The position numbers were made by a program, and so were the translations under genes. A model generated the notes under the pieces. It did no database searches and was not told the DNA's origin. It saw only the letters and a program-made list of their open reading frames with translations. A stretch of 64,000 nt of DNA from IMG/VR virus record IMGVR_UViG_3300031853_000039, positions 178 through 64,177 of that record. One strand, written 5' to 3'. Position 1 is the first letter of the stretch; every line of letters begins with the position of its first letter. The stretch comes from a virus. Taxonomy: Duplodnaviria > Caudoviricetes. Below, one piece after another: positions 1-8,715 of the stretch.

Positions 1-2
1 GT

Positions 3-152
3 TGTGATAAAATTGATTGTTATTTTTCAGATTGTGATTGTGTGTATCGTGGAAATATTTACAAAAATGGAAAGAGAATTGGAGACTATAGCACGAGTGA
101 TAGTGTAGAGGTCGAGAACGTATTTGGGTTTACAGGCTTTAGATTTAGATGA
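3..152 (+). CDS. 5'-truncated hypothetical protein (frame 3)
   Basis: Open frame CDKIDCYFSDCDCVYRG...FRFR*; its TGA overlaps the ATG at 149 (ATGA coupling). Confidence 0.6.
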   Translation, partial: CDKIDCYFSDCDCVYRGNIYKNGKRIGDYSTSDSVEVENVFGFTGFRFR

Positions 153-373
153 TAGGAGAATGTGTTATGTGGTGGAAAATTGGAATCGGACTATTAGAAA
201 GTGCAAATGATGTTAAGTGTCTTGTAGATGCAGATAGTTTTGATGAAGCATTAGCAGTGGGAAGGAGAGAATATGGAAAAGAAATCAACACAGGACAACC
301 ATACGACAAAAACCGTCAAGCCGACAAGATTTTATTCAAACAGACAAGAAAAATCCGTTGCAAAAGCTGTTAG
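149..373 (+). CDS. hypothetical protein
   Basis: ORF track; coupled to upstream ORF. Confidence 0.55.
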   Translation: MIGECVMWWKIGIGLLESANDVKCLVDADSFDEALAVGRREYGKEINTGQPYDKNRQADKILFKQTRKIRCKSC

Positions 374-653
374 TGGCAAACAAGTTGCTAACAGTGGAGC
401 AACAGCGTTTAGTAAGGGCGATGTCGTTACCGACGATTGGTTGATAGAAGCAAAGACAACAACAACTGAAAAGAAATCATTTGCAATCAAAAAAGAGTGG
501 CTAGAAAAGAACAAGGAAGAGGCGTTTGCAATGAGAAAAGATTATAACGCTTTATGCTTTGACTTTGGAGATAATGGCAAGCGTTATTATGTGATTGATG
601 AAAAGACGTTTATACAAGCAAAGGAGGCTATGAAATATGAAGATAACAAATGA
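273..653 (+). CDS. Hjc-like PD-(D/E)xK nuclease / Holliday junction resolvase
   Basis: SGATAFSKGDV...WLIEAKTT motif (G-D...E-x-K) in a 126-aa protein. Confidence 0.7.
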   Translation: MEKKSTQDNHTTKTVKPTRFYSNRQEKSVAKAVSGKQVANSGATAFSKGDVVTDDWLIEAKTTTTEKKSFAIKKEWLEKNKEEAFAMRKDYNALCFDFGDNGKRYYVIDEKTFIQAKEAMKYEDNK

Positions 654-1002
654 TTATATTAAAAAGTGGCTTGATTATAGAATTAAAGCCTATGAGGTAT
701 TTCAAAAGAACTTGAGTATTGTAGGTGACAAAAGAGACAGTGATTTGGGTTCGTATGAGTTCGATGTTGAGCAATGCAATGGAACTCTACATGATAAACA
801 TATTCATTTATTTATCAATCAATATGCACTTGACACAAGAAAAAACATTTTTGAAAAAATGGCAAACGCAGTAGATGCTACAGTAAAAGATGCAGATGAT
901 GGATATAGTTATTTTATATATCGAGGTTATAAGTTTTATGCTTATATGCCTTATAGCGAAGAACAAATAAAATGGAGAAAAGAAAAAGGATTGGAGGTAT
1001 GA
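637..1002 (+). CDS. hypothetical protein
   Basis: ORF track, RBS aaggagg upstream. Confidence 0.7.
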   Translation: MKITNDYIKKWLDYRIKAYEVFQKNLSIVGDKRDSDLGSYEFDVEQCNGTLHDKHIHLFINQYALDTRKNIFEKMANAVDATVKDADDGYSYFIYRGYKFYAYMPYSEEQIKWRKEKGLEV

Positions 1003-1006
1003 GATT

Positions 1007-1225
1007 ATGAAACAGACACAAAAAAACATTATTAGAAAAGCATTGCTTGAAGGAAAAGAAGTTACACCAAAAGACGCAGAAGAGTGGTGCGGTAGTATGC
1101 GACTTGCGGCGATAATTCACGAATTGCGACATAAAGAAGGAATGAATATAAGCACACATGAAAGAAGTTGTAAAAACAGAATAGGAACTATAAGCACGTT
1201 TGCAGTATATAAGTTGGAGGATTAA
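1007..1225 (+). CDS. small winged-HTH protein
   Basis: IRKALLEGKEVTPKDAEEWCGSMRLAAIIHELR pattern typical of small phage wHTH proteins. Confidence 0.6.
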   Translation: MKQTQKNIIRKALLEGKEVTPKDAEEWCGSMRLAAIIHELRHKEGMNISTHERSCKNRIGTISTFAVYKLED

Positions 1226-1227
1226 GT

Positions 1228-2256
1228 ATGCAGACATTAGCGGTAAAATATCGACCTAAAACATGGGAAGATGTAGTAGAACAATCTTCTACAATAACAA
1301 TACTAAAAAATCAGCTTGATACCAATGAGATAAAAAATTCTTACTTGTTTGTAGGTGGCGCAGGTACAGGAAAAACAACTTGTGCAAGAATAATGGCAAA
1401 TAAAGTGAATAATGGACAAGGTAGTCCAATAGAGCTTGACGCCGCAAGCAATAATGGAGTTGATGATGTAAGAGATATTATTCAGCAAGCACAAACAAAA
1501 AGTATTGATAGCGAATACAAGGTCTTTATTATTGATGAGTGTCACGCATTGTCTAATAACGCTTGGCAGGCATTTCTAAAGCTTATAGAAGAGCCTCCAG
1601 CGAAGAGTATTTTTATATTCTGTACTACTGACCCACAGAAGATACCAAAGACAATAATCAGCAGGGTGCAGAGGTACAATTTTCAGAGAATATCGCAAGA
1701 CGGGATTGTAAATAGATTAAACCGTATTTTGAGTAAAGAAGGATTAAAGGTAGTCAGTAGTCAAGATGCGCTCGAATACATAGCAAAGATAGCAGATGGT
1801 GGCATGAGAGATGCAATCACACTATTGGACAAGTGTTTAGCATACTCAAAAGATTTAACTTTGGAGAATGTATTAAAAGCATTAGGTACAGTTGATTATA
1901 ATACAATGTGTGATTTGATTGATTTTATCTTGAAGGGTTATACACTTGAGGCAGTAAAGATAATTGATGAAGTATTTATGGCAGGTAAAGACTTGAAACA
2001 ATTTACTGACCAACTTATAAAGTTTATGATTGAGGTCAATAAATATATTTTAGGTTGTGAATATGAGCTGTTATCATTACCAAACATGAAAGACATAAGA
2101 GATTATTTGGACGATTGGATAGAAGTGCTTAATGATGAAGATGCATCAAAAATAAATTGTGTTGATATATTAAATAAACTTGTAGAGCTAAAAGCAAGTA
2201 TAAAATATTCAAGCACGGTAAAAGCAGATTGGGAGGCAATGTTATTATGTATGTGA
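1228..2256 (+). CDS. dnaX: clamp loader ATPase subunit, DnaX gamma-like
   Basis: LAVKYRPKTWEDVVEQ N-terminus, Walker A GGAGTGKTT, ELDAASNNGVDDVR, DECH Walker B, NAWQAFLKLIEEPP, GGMRDAITLLD; no tau C-terminal domains. Confidence 0.93.
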   Translation: MQTLAVKYRPKTWEDVVEQSSTITILKNQLDTNEIKNSYLFVGGAGTGKTTCARIMANKVNNGQGSPIELDAASNNGVDDVRDIIQQAQTKSIDSEYKVFIIDECHALSNNAWQAFLKLIEEPPAKSIFIFCTTDPQKIPKTIISRVQRYNFQRISQDGIVNRLNRILSKEGLKVVSSQDALEYIAKIADGGMRDAITLLDKCLAYSKDLTLENVLKALGTVDYNTMCDLIDFILKGYTLEAVKIIDEVFMAGKDLKQFTDQLIKFMIEVNKYILGCEYELLSLPNMKDIRDYLDDWIEVLNDEDASKINCVDILNKLVELKASIKYSSTVKADWEAMLLCM

Positions 2257-2269
2257 AAGGAGTTAAAAA

Positions 2270-3091
2270 ATGATAGGGCAGGAAAACTTATTAAAGCAAA
2301 TTGATAATCAAATATCAGAGAATACTTTTCCACGTTTTGTAATTATCGAAGGTGCAAAGGGCAGTGGAAAGAAATTGATAGTTGATTACATTGAGGAAAA
2401 AATAGAAGAACATATAGGAGAAAAATGTACTTGTATTGAATTTGGTTCAAGTGTGGCTTCAGTGCGTGATGCAATACATATGGCATATAAAACGACCTCA
2501 ACCGCAGTCTTTTCTTTTCCTGATGCAGATAGTATGACAGGTAATGCTAAAAATGCTTTGCTAAAAGTTACAGAAGAGCCTCCTAATCATGTGTATTTTG
2601 TAATGACACTTGAAGATAAATTAAACACACTTGAAACAATACGAAGCAGAGGAACAGTATTTACAATGGATAAATATACTCCAAAGCAATTAGTAGAGTA
2701 TGCAAATTGTGAAAGCAAAGAAGAAGAGAATATAATAATAAAATTATGTGAAACCCCCGGAGAGGTGAATCTATTAAAAGCAATGGGTGTTGAAAGTTTC
2801 TATGCGTATGTTGATAAAGTATTTTACAATATAGCAGAGGTTAGTGGTGCAAATGCTTTTAAGATAGCAGATAAAATAGCATTGACAGATGATGAAGGCT
2901 ATGATTTGAAATTGTTTTGGAAAGCTTTTGTAGATATATGTGGAGATAAACTAAAAGAAGAAAAGAATAAAGAATTGGCAGACGTGATAACAATAACAAG
3001 TAGATATTTACAAGACTTGAGAATAAATGGAATAAATAAAAAAGCGTTGTTTGATTTGTGGATATTAGATGTAAGAGGAGTATTATTATGA
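2270..3091 (+). CDS. holB: clamp loader delta-prime subunit (HolB-like)
   Basis: MIGQENL start, degenerate P-loop GAKGSGKK, NALLKVTEEPP, TLETIRSRG. Confidence 0.8.
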   Translation: MIGQENLLKQIDNQISENTFPRFVIIEGAKGSGKKLIVDYIEEKIEEHIGEKCTCIEFGSSVASVRDAIHMAYKTTSTAVFSFPDADSMTGNAKNALLKVTEEPPNHVYFVMTLEDKLNTLETIRSRGTVFTMDKYTPKQLVEYANCESKEEENIIIKLCETPGEVNLLKAMGVESFYAYVDKVFYNIAEVSGANAFKIADKIALTDDEGYDLKLFWKAFVDICGDKLKEEKNKELADVITITSRYLQDLRINGINKKALFDLWILDVRGVLL

Positions 3092-3990
3092 CCTTATCAC
3101 AATTGCATCAAGAAGTATTAAACAATAATTTGCAATCATTCTATGTATTTACAGGTATAGAGTGGCTAGTACAAAGAAAGTATATTGAGCAAATATCAAA
3201 AGTAACAAATAGACCGATGAAATATATAGATAACTTTAAGAGCATATATAAAAGCTTGTCGAGTAGTTTGTTCAATGATAGTTTTGTATATGTGGTAAGA
3301 GATGATGCAGATTTATTGACTCAAGAAAGTCTTTGGCAACAAATAAAAAATGACTTGTTAAAAAATAATACGCTAATATTGTTGATAACTTCAGTAGACA
3401 AGCGTAAGAAGTTTTTTACTACATTCAAAGATAATATTGTTGAGTTTGAAGCACTCAAACCACATATCTTGAAACAATACATACAAAGAGAAATAGATTT
3501 ATCTGATAAAGAATGTGATATATTGATGGAAGTGTGTGAGCATGATTATGGCAGGTGTCTTTTGGAGATTGATAAGATAAAGCGAAGCGGTAAATCACTC
3601 ATAGAACTATTGCAAGAGGGAGCAATATATACACCACCTCAAGATACAGTGTTTAAGTTTGTTGATGCAGTATTGGATAAAAAGCTTGAAATGTTCGAGC
3701 TATTAGATGAGAGCTATGAGTCAGGAGAGAATACCTTTGTATTGTTATCCGTGCTATATACAAACGCAAAGCAGTTGTTGCAAGTACAATCTTGTGATAG
3801 TAAGGACATAGCAAAGGTCACTGGACTAAACTCATGGGAGATAAAGAGAGCAAAGCAACGACAAGGTGATTGGTGGAATAGTGAATTGATACACTTGATG
3901 CGATTATGTCAGCAGGCAGAGAAAAACATCAAAATTGGCAAGTTAGATGAAGAATACGCAGTGAGATGGGTAGTAATCAATAGTCTATAA
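3088..3990 (+). CDS. holA: clamp loader delta subunit (HolA-like)
   Basis: FYVFTGIE, SSSLFND (LF clamp-wrench-like), LLEIDKI, VFKFVDAVL, MRLCQQAEKNIKIG; follows dnaX/holB; start moved to ATG 3088. Confidence 0.75.
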   Translation: MTLSQLHQEVLNNNLQSFYVFTGIEWLVQRKYIEQISKVTNRPMKYIDNFKSIYKSLSSSLFNDSFVYVVRDDADLLTQESLWQQIKNDLLKNNTLILLITSVDKRKKFFTTFKDNIVEFEALKPHILKQYIQREIDLSDKECDILMEVCEHDYGRCLLEIDKIKRSGKSLIELLQEGAIYTPPQDTVFKFVDAVLDKKLEMFELLDESYESGENTFVLLSVLYTNAKQLLQVQSCDSKDIAKVTGLNSWEIKRAKQRQGDWWNSELIHLMRLCQQAEKNIKIGKLDEEYAVRWVVINSL

Positions 3991-4013
3991 CCTACGAAAA
4001 ATCGTAGGTTTTT
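3989..4013 (+). terminator. intrinsic terminator
   Basis: AACCTACGA-AAAA-TCGTAGGTT hairpin followed by T run, directly after the holA stop. Confidence 0.7.
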
Positions 4014-4053
4014 GACTTTTTTCAAAAAATTTGAAATTTTTTCAAAAAAAGTA

Positions 4054-4082
4054 TTGACAAACATTATATAACGTGTTACAAT
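4054..4082 (+). promoter_or_regulatory. strong sigma-A promoter, repeat class 1 (copy 1)
   Basis: TTGACA-17 bp (AACATTATATAACGTGT)-TACAAT with TG extension and A-tract UP element. Confidence 0.85.
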
Positions 4083-4139
4083 AAGCTTGAAGTTAAGAGA
4101 TAGCGCACAGCGCACTAGCAGAAAGGAATGGTGATTGAT

Positions 4140-4361
4140 ATGAAAATGATTTGGAGTGAGAACGAAGAGAGAATGATTCATAAAGGGTTTACATTTATTG
4201 TGTATAAGAGAGAGGGCAAAGAGTACAAAGAACATTTTACGTGGAATGAGGAAGATGAGCTTTACTACAACGATGAAACGGATGAAGATTATTATTCATT
4301 AGATGTAGCAGAGCGTAAGGTAGCAAAATGGGAACTTGAAGGTGTAGGAAGTTGGGATTGA
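4140..4361 (+). CDS. early hypothetical protein (acidic)
   Basis: First ORF after class-1 promoter, with RBS. Confidence 0.65.
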   Translation: MKMIWSENEERMIHKGFTFIVYKREGKEYKEHFTWNEEDELYYNDETDEDYYSLDVAERKVAKWELEGVGSWD

Positions 4362-4388
4362 ATAAAAACTCAAAGAAAGGTTAAAAAG

Positions 4389-4646
4389 GTGAACATTATG
4401 AAAACATTACAGATGATGGAATTAAGAGCCCAGCAGTTAGATTGGAGAATAGACGACCTCAAGAAAGAGATTATGGATATTAAGAAAAGTCTTTTAAGTG
4501 ATGTAGACAGTATAAATACAGAAACAAAGTTCTTTCCGGATAGTATTGTAAACAGAGGTAATAGACTTTGCATAGTAACAATGGAGTATCAAAAAGCAAT
4601 TGAAGAGAAAAACATGATAGCACGTTATATGAAAGAGATGATATGA
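4389..4646 (+). CDS. hypothetical coiled-coil protein
   Basis: ORF track. Confidence 0.6.
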   Translation: MNIMKTLQMMELRAQQLDWRIDDLKKEIMDIKKSLLSDVDSINTETKFFPDSIVNRGNRLCIVTMEYQKAIEEKNMIARYMKEMI

Positions 4647-4674
4647 CTTGTAATATTTAGAAAGGAGTTGTAAT

Positions 4675-5241
4675 ATGTTAGAAGCACTCACAGACTATAA
4701 GGGAATAATCGAAGTCAATGGAAAGCAGTATGACAACATAGAAAGCGCAGAAACGGCGTTAAAAGCGTTTTCGGGTAAAATATGTATAAAACTATGCCCG
4801 AAAGCTAAAAACGCAAATAAGAGTGAATTAGAGCGTTCTACAAATACGATACAAGCAGTTGATGCTAAAGAAGTGTATAAAATCACAGTCAAGCAGTATA
4901 TGACAAGAAAAGCAACACCAGAGTTTGACTTTATGGCAAAGTGGAATAATGATAATCCGATGCCACTACGCATCATGCAGGGTACAATTGAGAAAGAAAC
5001 ACGTGGCATGGTTTACATGAAATTACATGGCTTCGGTGAAAGAACTGTAACTTGTATGTGTTGTGGTAAAGAGCTTAAAAATCCTGTATCAAGATTTTAT
5101 GGAATTGGTCCTATATGTATGGGTAAAGTAGGAATTATAGCAGATATAGAAGATGTAGACACAATTAAAGAAGAACTTGAGAAAATAGAGTGGAGCGGGT
5201 GGATTATCAGGTCAGCAATCACAGAACAGATAGAACTATAA
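4675..5241 (+). CDS. DUF6011-like Zn-finger protein
   Basis: CMCCGKELKNPVSRFYGIGPIC motif. Confidence 0.7.
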   Translation: MLEALTDYKGIIEVNGKQYDNIESAETALKAFSGKICIKLCPKAKNANKSELERSTNTIQAVDAKEVYKITVKQYMTRKATPEFDFMAKWNNDNPMPLRIMQGTIEKETRGMVYMKLHGFGERTVTCMCCGKELKNPVSRFYGIGPICMGKVGIIADIEDVDTIKEELEKIEWSGWIIRSAITEQIEL

Positions 5242-5256
5242 AAGGAGGAAAAACTC

Positions 5257-5454
5257 ATGGCAGTAAGATACGAAAATGAATGTGTAGGATGTCCAAAGGA
5301 AATGGGTTGTCTAGGAGTTGCTTGTAGATACATGAATGTTCCATATTATTCATGTGACCAGTGCGGAGATGAAGGAGATATTTACGAGTACGAAGGACAA
5401 CATTATTGTGCAGATTGTTTATTAGCATTATTTGAGAAAGTACAGGAGGGCTGA
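5257..5454 (+). CDS. Cys-rich small Zn-binding protein
   Basis: CVGC..C...C..CDQC..CADC. Confidence 0.65.
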   Translation: MAVRYENECVGCPKEMGCLGVACRYMNVPYYSCDQCGDEGDIYEYEGQHYCADCLLALFEKVQEG

Positions 5455-5457
5455 AAG

Positions 5458-5649
5458 ATGACAGCAATACTTGATTACATTATACATCATAACAAATCAT
5501 TCGCATATATGACAGATTATGAAAAATGGGAATATAGGGAAGATGTAATCGCAGGAATGAAGCATAAATCATATTATGTGTTTATGTTTATTGGGTGCGG
5601 AATAGCATTAGCTAGTGGCATATTTCTTGCAGGATTGTTAGGTAATTGA
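5458..5649 (+). CDS. small membrane protein
   Basis: C-terminal hydrophobic helix YVFMFIGCGIALASGIFLAGLLG. Confidence 0.6.
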   Translation: MTAILDYIIHHNKSFAYMTDYEKWEYREDVIAGMKHKSYYVFMFIGCGIALASGIFLAGLLGN

Positions 5650-5975
5650 GGAGGAGACAAATGGCAAGTAGTATTCTAGGATTATTGCACAACTTAAAAG
5701 ATTATCAGCATTATGAAGGAGAACCGTATAAGTTGGTAGAAGATGAAAAAAATATGTTGGTGTCTTTTCTTGAGCAGGAAGATGTGCAAAGGTGCATACC
5801 AAAAGTGCCAAGATTTGGAACTTGTCCAAATTGTGGAAATGATGTAACTAATATTGTTGATAATTGTAAAATATGTAGTCAGAGATTAAAATGGGTGGAG
5901 AATAATGAAAAAACAAATAACAAAGGTAGTAGCATTTTTAGTAATTTTGGCATTGATACCAATACTTATTTGTGA
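5646..5975 (+). CDS. Zn-ribbon hypothetical protein (real start may be downstream, about 5660)
   Basis: CPNCG...CKICSQRLKW motif. Confidence 0.55.
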   Translation: MRRRQMASSILGLLHNLKDYQHYEGEPYKLVEDEKNMLVSFLEQEDVQRCIPKVPRFGTCPNCGNDVTNIVDNCKICSQRLKWVENNEKTNNKGSSIFSNFGIDTNTYL

Positions 5976-6591
5976 AGTGACAATTGCCAAAAGAAAGATA
6001 ATTAAAAAGTACGTAGGTAAATTGATGTGTACTACATATCATGTATCAGATAATACACCAAGAGGCTCAAGAGAAACAAGTACAGGGGCAAAAGCAAAAG
6101 AATATCATACAATAGCAGTTGATAGTAAGCATCCAAGATTTAAGATGAAGAGCAAACTAAAAATTAAAGGTTGGGGAAAAGGAGTTGTTTTAGATACAGG
6201 AGGTTTTCATAAATACGGAGTTGACCTTGATTTATTTACACCTGAAGGAATAGGATTTAAGAAAAAATGCAAGGTATGGATATATAGACTTGAAACAAAA
6301 AAAGAATATAAAAAGCGACTTGCAAAAGAAGCTAAAGCAAGAGAAAAAGCACGAAAGAAAAGACAGCAAGGTTGGTTTCAATTAGTTTATGATAAAACTT
6401 TATTACCACGTCAAGTAGTAACCGACCCTGATTATATAAAGGGTGGGTGTATATCATTTGGTGGAGATTGGTTTGAAGTCAAAAGAACAAAAAAAGGACT
6501 CGGGAATAAAATATTGATTGGTATGCAGATTGCAGAAGCATTTGAGATGAGCGTCAAACTTGATATGGTCGAGGAAGGAGCTGTGGGATGA
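5905..6591 (+). CDS. membrane-anchored 3D-domain (putative peptidoglycan-lytic) protein
   Basis: N-terminal signal/TM; TTY...TSTG...TIAVD...VVLDTGG...DLDLF three-Asp signature. Confidence 0.7.
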   Translation: MKKQITKVVAFLVILALIPILICEVTIAKRKIIKKYVGKLMCTTYHVSDNTPRGSRETSTGAKAKEYHTIAVDSKHPRFKMKSKLKIKGWGKGVVLDTGGFHKYGVDLDLFTPEGIGFKKKCKVWIYRLETKKEYKKRLAKEAKAREKARKKRQQGWFQLVYDKTLLPRQVVTDPDYIKGGCISFGGDWFEVKRTKKGLGNKILIGMQIAEAFEMSVKLDMVEEGAVG

Positions 6592-6866
6592 GTGTAATAG
6601 TAACAGGAATGGATATGCCGGGTATCTGTGGAGACTGTCCTTCATACGACTGGAAAAAACATAAGCCTGACGGGAAATATTGCAAAGCCAAGATTTATGA
6701 GGATAGCAGAAACCCTTGTTATGATGATTGTCCTCTCAAATCCGTTGAAGGATTGATTGAAGAAATCTGCAAGAAAACGGTGGCTCCTACACCTGAAAAG
6801 ACAGCTTGTATTGAGCAAGTGATTGAAATAATCAGAGAGTATTGTGAGGAAGGAGCAGTTGGATGA
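6588..6866 (+). CDS. hypothetical protein (Cys motif)
   Basis: GMDMPGICGDCP...DDCPLK pattern common in clostridial phages. Confidence 0.7.
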   Translation: MSVIVTGMDMPGICGDCPSYDWKKHKPDGKYCKAKIYEDSRNPCYDDCPLKSVEGLIEEICKKTVAPTPEKTACIEQVIEIIREYCEEGAVG

Positions 6867-7144
6867 CAAGAGAAGAAGCAATAGAATTTATTGCACAATC
6901 AGTAAAAAGTGATGTTGATATGGCGAAGATAGCAGATGCAATCAAAGCATTAGAGCAAGTATCCTGTGAGGATGAATATATCAAAGTTCCTAAAAAGGCA
7001 TTGAAATACAGAACAGCAGAAATAGTAGCATATAATGTCGAATGGCTAAAGAATCATTTTGACATAGAACGAGCTGTTATCTTTGCAGAACTAGCAGAAA
7101 GTGAGGTAGAAAATGACACGAGAAGAAGCAATCAAGGAACTTGA
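6863..7144 (+). CDS. hypothetical protein (MTREEAI family)
   Basis: ORF track, ATGA coupling. Confidence 0.6.
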   Translation: MTREEAIEFIAQSVKSDVDMAKIADAIKALEQVSCEDEYIKVPKKALKYRTAEIVAYNVEWLKNHFDIERAVIFAELAESEVENDTRRSNQGT

Positions 7145-7508
7145 AGAAGACAAGGCGTTATATATGCCTGAAGAATGGATAGAGAGCCTTGACAGAGATA
7201 CTCCCGATGGCAGATTGATAACAGCACTCGACATGGCAATCAATGCATTAGAACAAGATTGTATCAGTCGAACAGATATGTTAGACGCAATCGGACACGG
7301 AACAACATATACATCAGAGGATTTACAGAGGATTATTGAGGACTTACCGTCAGCAAACAGAGAATGCGATGTGAAGATGTCGGAAATACCGACAGGTTCA
7401 GAAGTAGAAGTATATAGTAGCAATTTCATCCAACTTAAGCAGGACGTATTGAACAATAAACAATTATGGCAAAAATTAAGGGAGATTGAAGATGAAGATA
7501 GTGATTGA
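7113..7508 (+). CDS. hypothetical protein (MTREEAI family)
   Basis: ORF track, RBS gaggt. Confidence 0.65.
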   Translation: MTREEAIKELEEDKALYMPEEWIESLDRDTPDGRLITALDMAINALEQDCISRTDMLDAIGHGTTYTSEDLQRIIEDLPSANRECDVKMSEIPTGSEVEVYSSNFIQLKQDVLNNKQLWQKLREIEDEDSD

Positions 7509-7776
7509 TATATCCGATGACGAGTATGAAGATGTTAAAAAAGTAGGTGGTTGCTATTACGATTTTGGCAAAGCAATATACTATGGCACACCACTTCCTA
7601 AAGAACATGGTCGGTTGATTGATGCAGATGAATTTGAAAAATTAGCAGACAAGAGATTTGAACATATTACATCTCCTCTTTTGAATCATATTCAAACATA
7701 TGATGTATATAGTTTGCTTGAAGCAACACCAACAATTATCGAAGCAGATAATGCAGAAAGTGAGGATGAAGAATAG
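7486..7776 (+). CDS. hypothetical protein
   Basis: GTPLPKEHGRLIDAD...APTIIEAD pattern. Confidence 0.7.
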   Translation: MKMKIVIDISDDEYEDVKKVGGCYYDFGKAIYYGTPLPKEHGRLIDADEFEKLADKRFEHITSPLLNHIQTYDVYSLLEATPTIIEADNAESEDEE

Positions 7777-7968
7777 ATGATACTTTGTCGTGATTGTAAA
7801 CATTGTAAAACTGTACCGGTTGGTTATGTATCTTCTCGTTCATGGTGTAAAATCCTACCAAAAGAGATACGAGGGGTGCAACCTTGGCGAAAAGAAGCAC
7901 ATCCAAAATGTCCGTTGAAAGAGAACAAGGTAGAAAGTGAGGGTATAAAGAATGACAATATATGTTGA
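7777..7968 (+). CDS. Cys-rich small protein
   Basis: CRDCKHC...WC...CP. Confidence 0.6.
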   Translation: MILCRDCKHCKTVPVGYVSSRSWCKILPKEIRGVQPWRKEAHPKCPLKENKVESEGIKNDNIC

Positions 7969-8125
7969 TGACGGCGAAACAGTAAAGACTTATCCAGTTA
8001 AAGCAAAAATAGCAAAAGCAGTTATGACTTTGCTTGAAACGGATAACGAGTTGGTATGGAGTGAGACACATTCAGGATATGGCGTGGTGATAGTTGATAA
8101 AGCAGAAAGTGAGAATAAGAAATGA
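7952..8125 (+). CDS. hypothetical protein, 57 aa (not in ORF track)
   Basis: ATG 7952 with RBS gaggg; TGA overlaps the next ATG. Confidence 0.55.
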   Translation: MTIYVDDGETVKTYPVKAKIAKAVMTLLETDNELVWSETHSGYGVVIVDKAESENKK

Positions 8126-8298
8126 AAGAGCCAACACTCGAATTACTTATTAAGTCGCTGATAAATGATTTTCGAGATTATCAAAAAGAATGGTTGACAA
8201 GTCATAATGATATTGAATTTGATAGACCAGAGGAAGATTTGATATTAGCATTTCTTGATGATACAGCAGACTGTTATGTTTCAGAGCATATAAGTTAA
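8122..8298 (+). CDS. hypothetical protein, 58 aa (not in ORF track)
   Basis: ATG 8122, MKEPTLELLIKSL..., TAA 8298. Confidence 0.55.
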   Translation: MKEPTLELLIKSLINDFRDYQKEWLTSHNDIEFDRPEEDLILAFLDDTADCYVSEHIS

Positions 8299-8328
8299 AC
8301 TATAGAAGATGGAAAGTGAGGCGGAGAA

Positions 8329-8559
8329 ATGAAATGTAAAGTATGTGGAAAACGATTCAAGTTGCAGGCAGACAAACGGTATGACGTAATAAAAAAGACT
8401 GAGGGGCTTGCAGGAGTGTTATCAGGAAAAGGGACGATATTTTACGAATGCTTTGATTGTCCAAAATGCGGATGCCAGAACGTTGTAAATGTAAGAGAGA
8501 AAACCATCGTAGATGGAGAAAGTGAGGAGAACAATGAAGTACAAAGTTTACACAGATGA
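8329..8559 (+). CDS. Zn-ribbon protein
   Basis: CKVCGK...DCPKCGCQ. Confidence 0.7.
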   Translation: MKCKVCGKRFKLQADKRYDVIKKTEGLAGVLSGKGTIFYECFDCPKCGCQNVVNVREKTIVDGESEENNEVQSLHR

Positions 8560-8707
8560 AGTAGTAAAAAACAAAGCAGGAGATGTAACTAGAAGTTATG
8601 TAAAAGAGCAGATAGTCTATGGCATGAATAAAGTAGATAAAATTGCAAAGCAAGATAATTTCTTGTGTTGGGTTGCTTATCCTATGTATGCCACAAGCAG
8701 AAGATAA
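8534..8707 (+). CDS. hypothetical protein
   Basis: ORF track 8513; likely start MKYKVY after RBS gagga. Confidence 0.5.
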   Translation: MKYKVYTDEVVKNKAGDVTRSYVKEQIVYGMNKVDKIAKQDNFLCWVAYPMYATSRR

Positions 8708-8715
8708 TTCATAGT

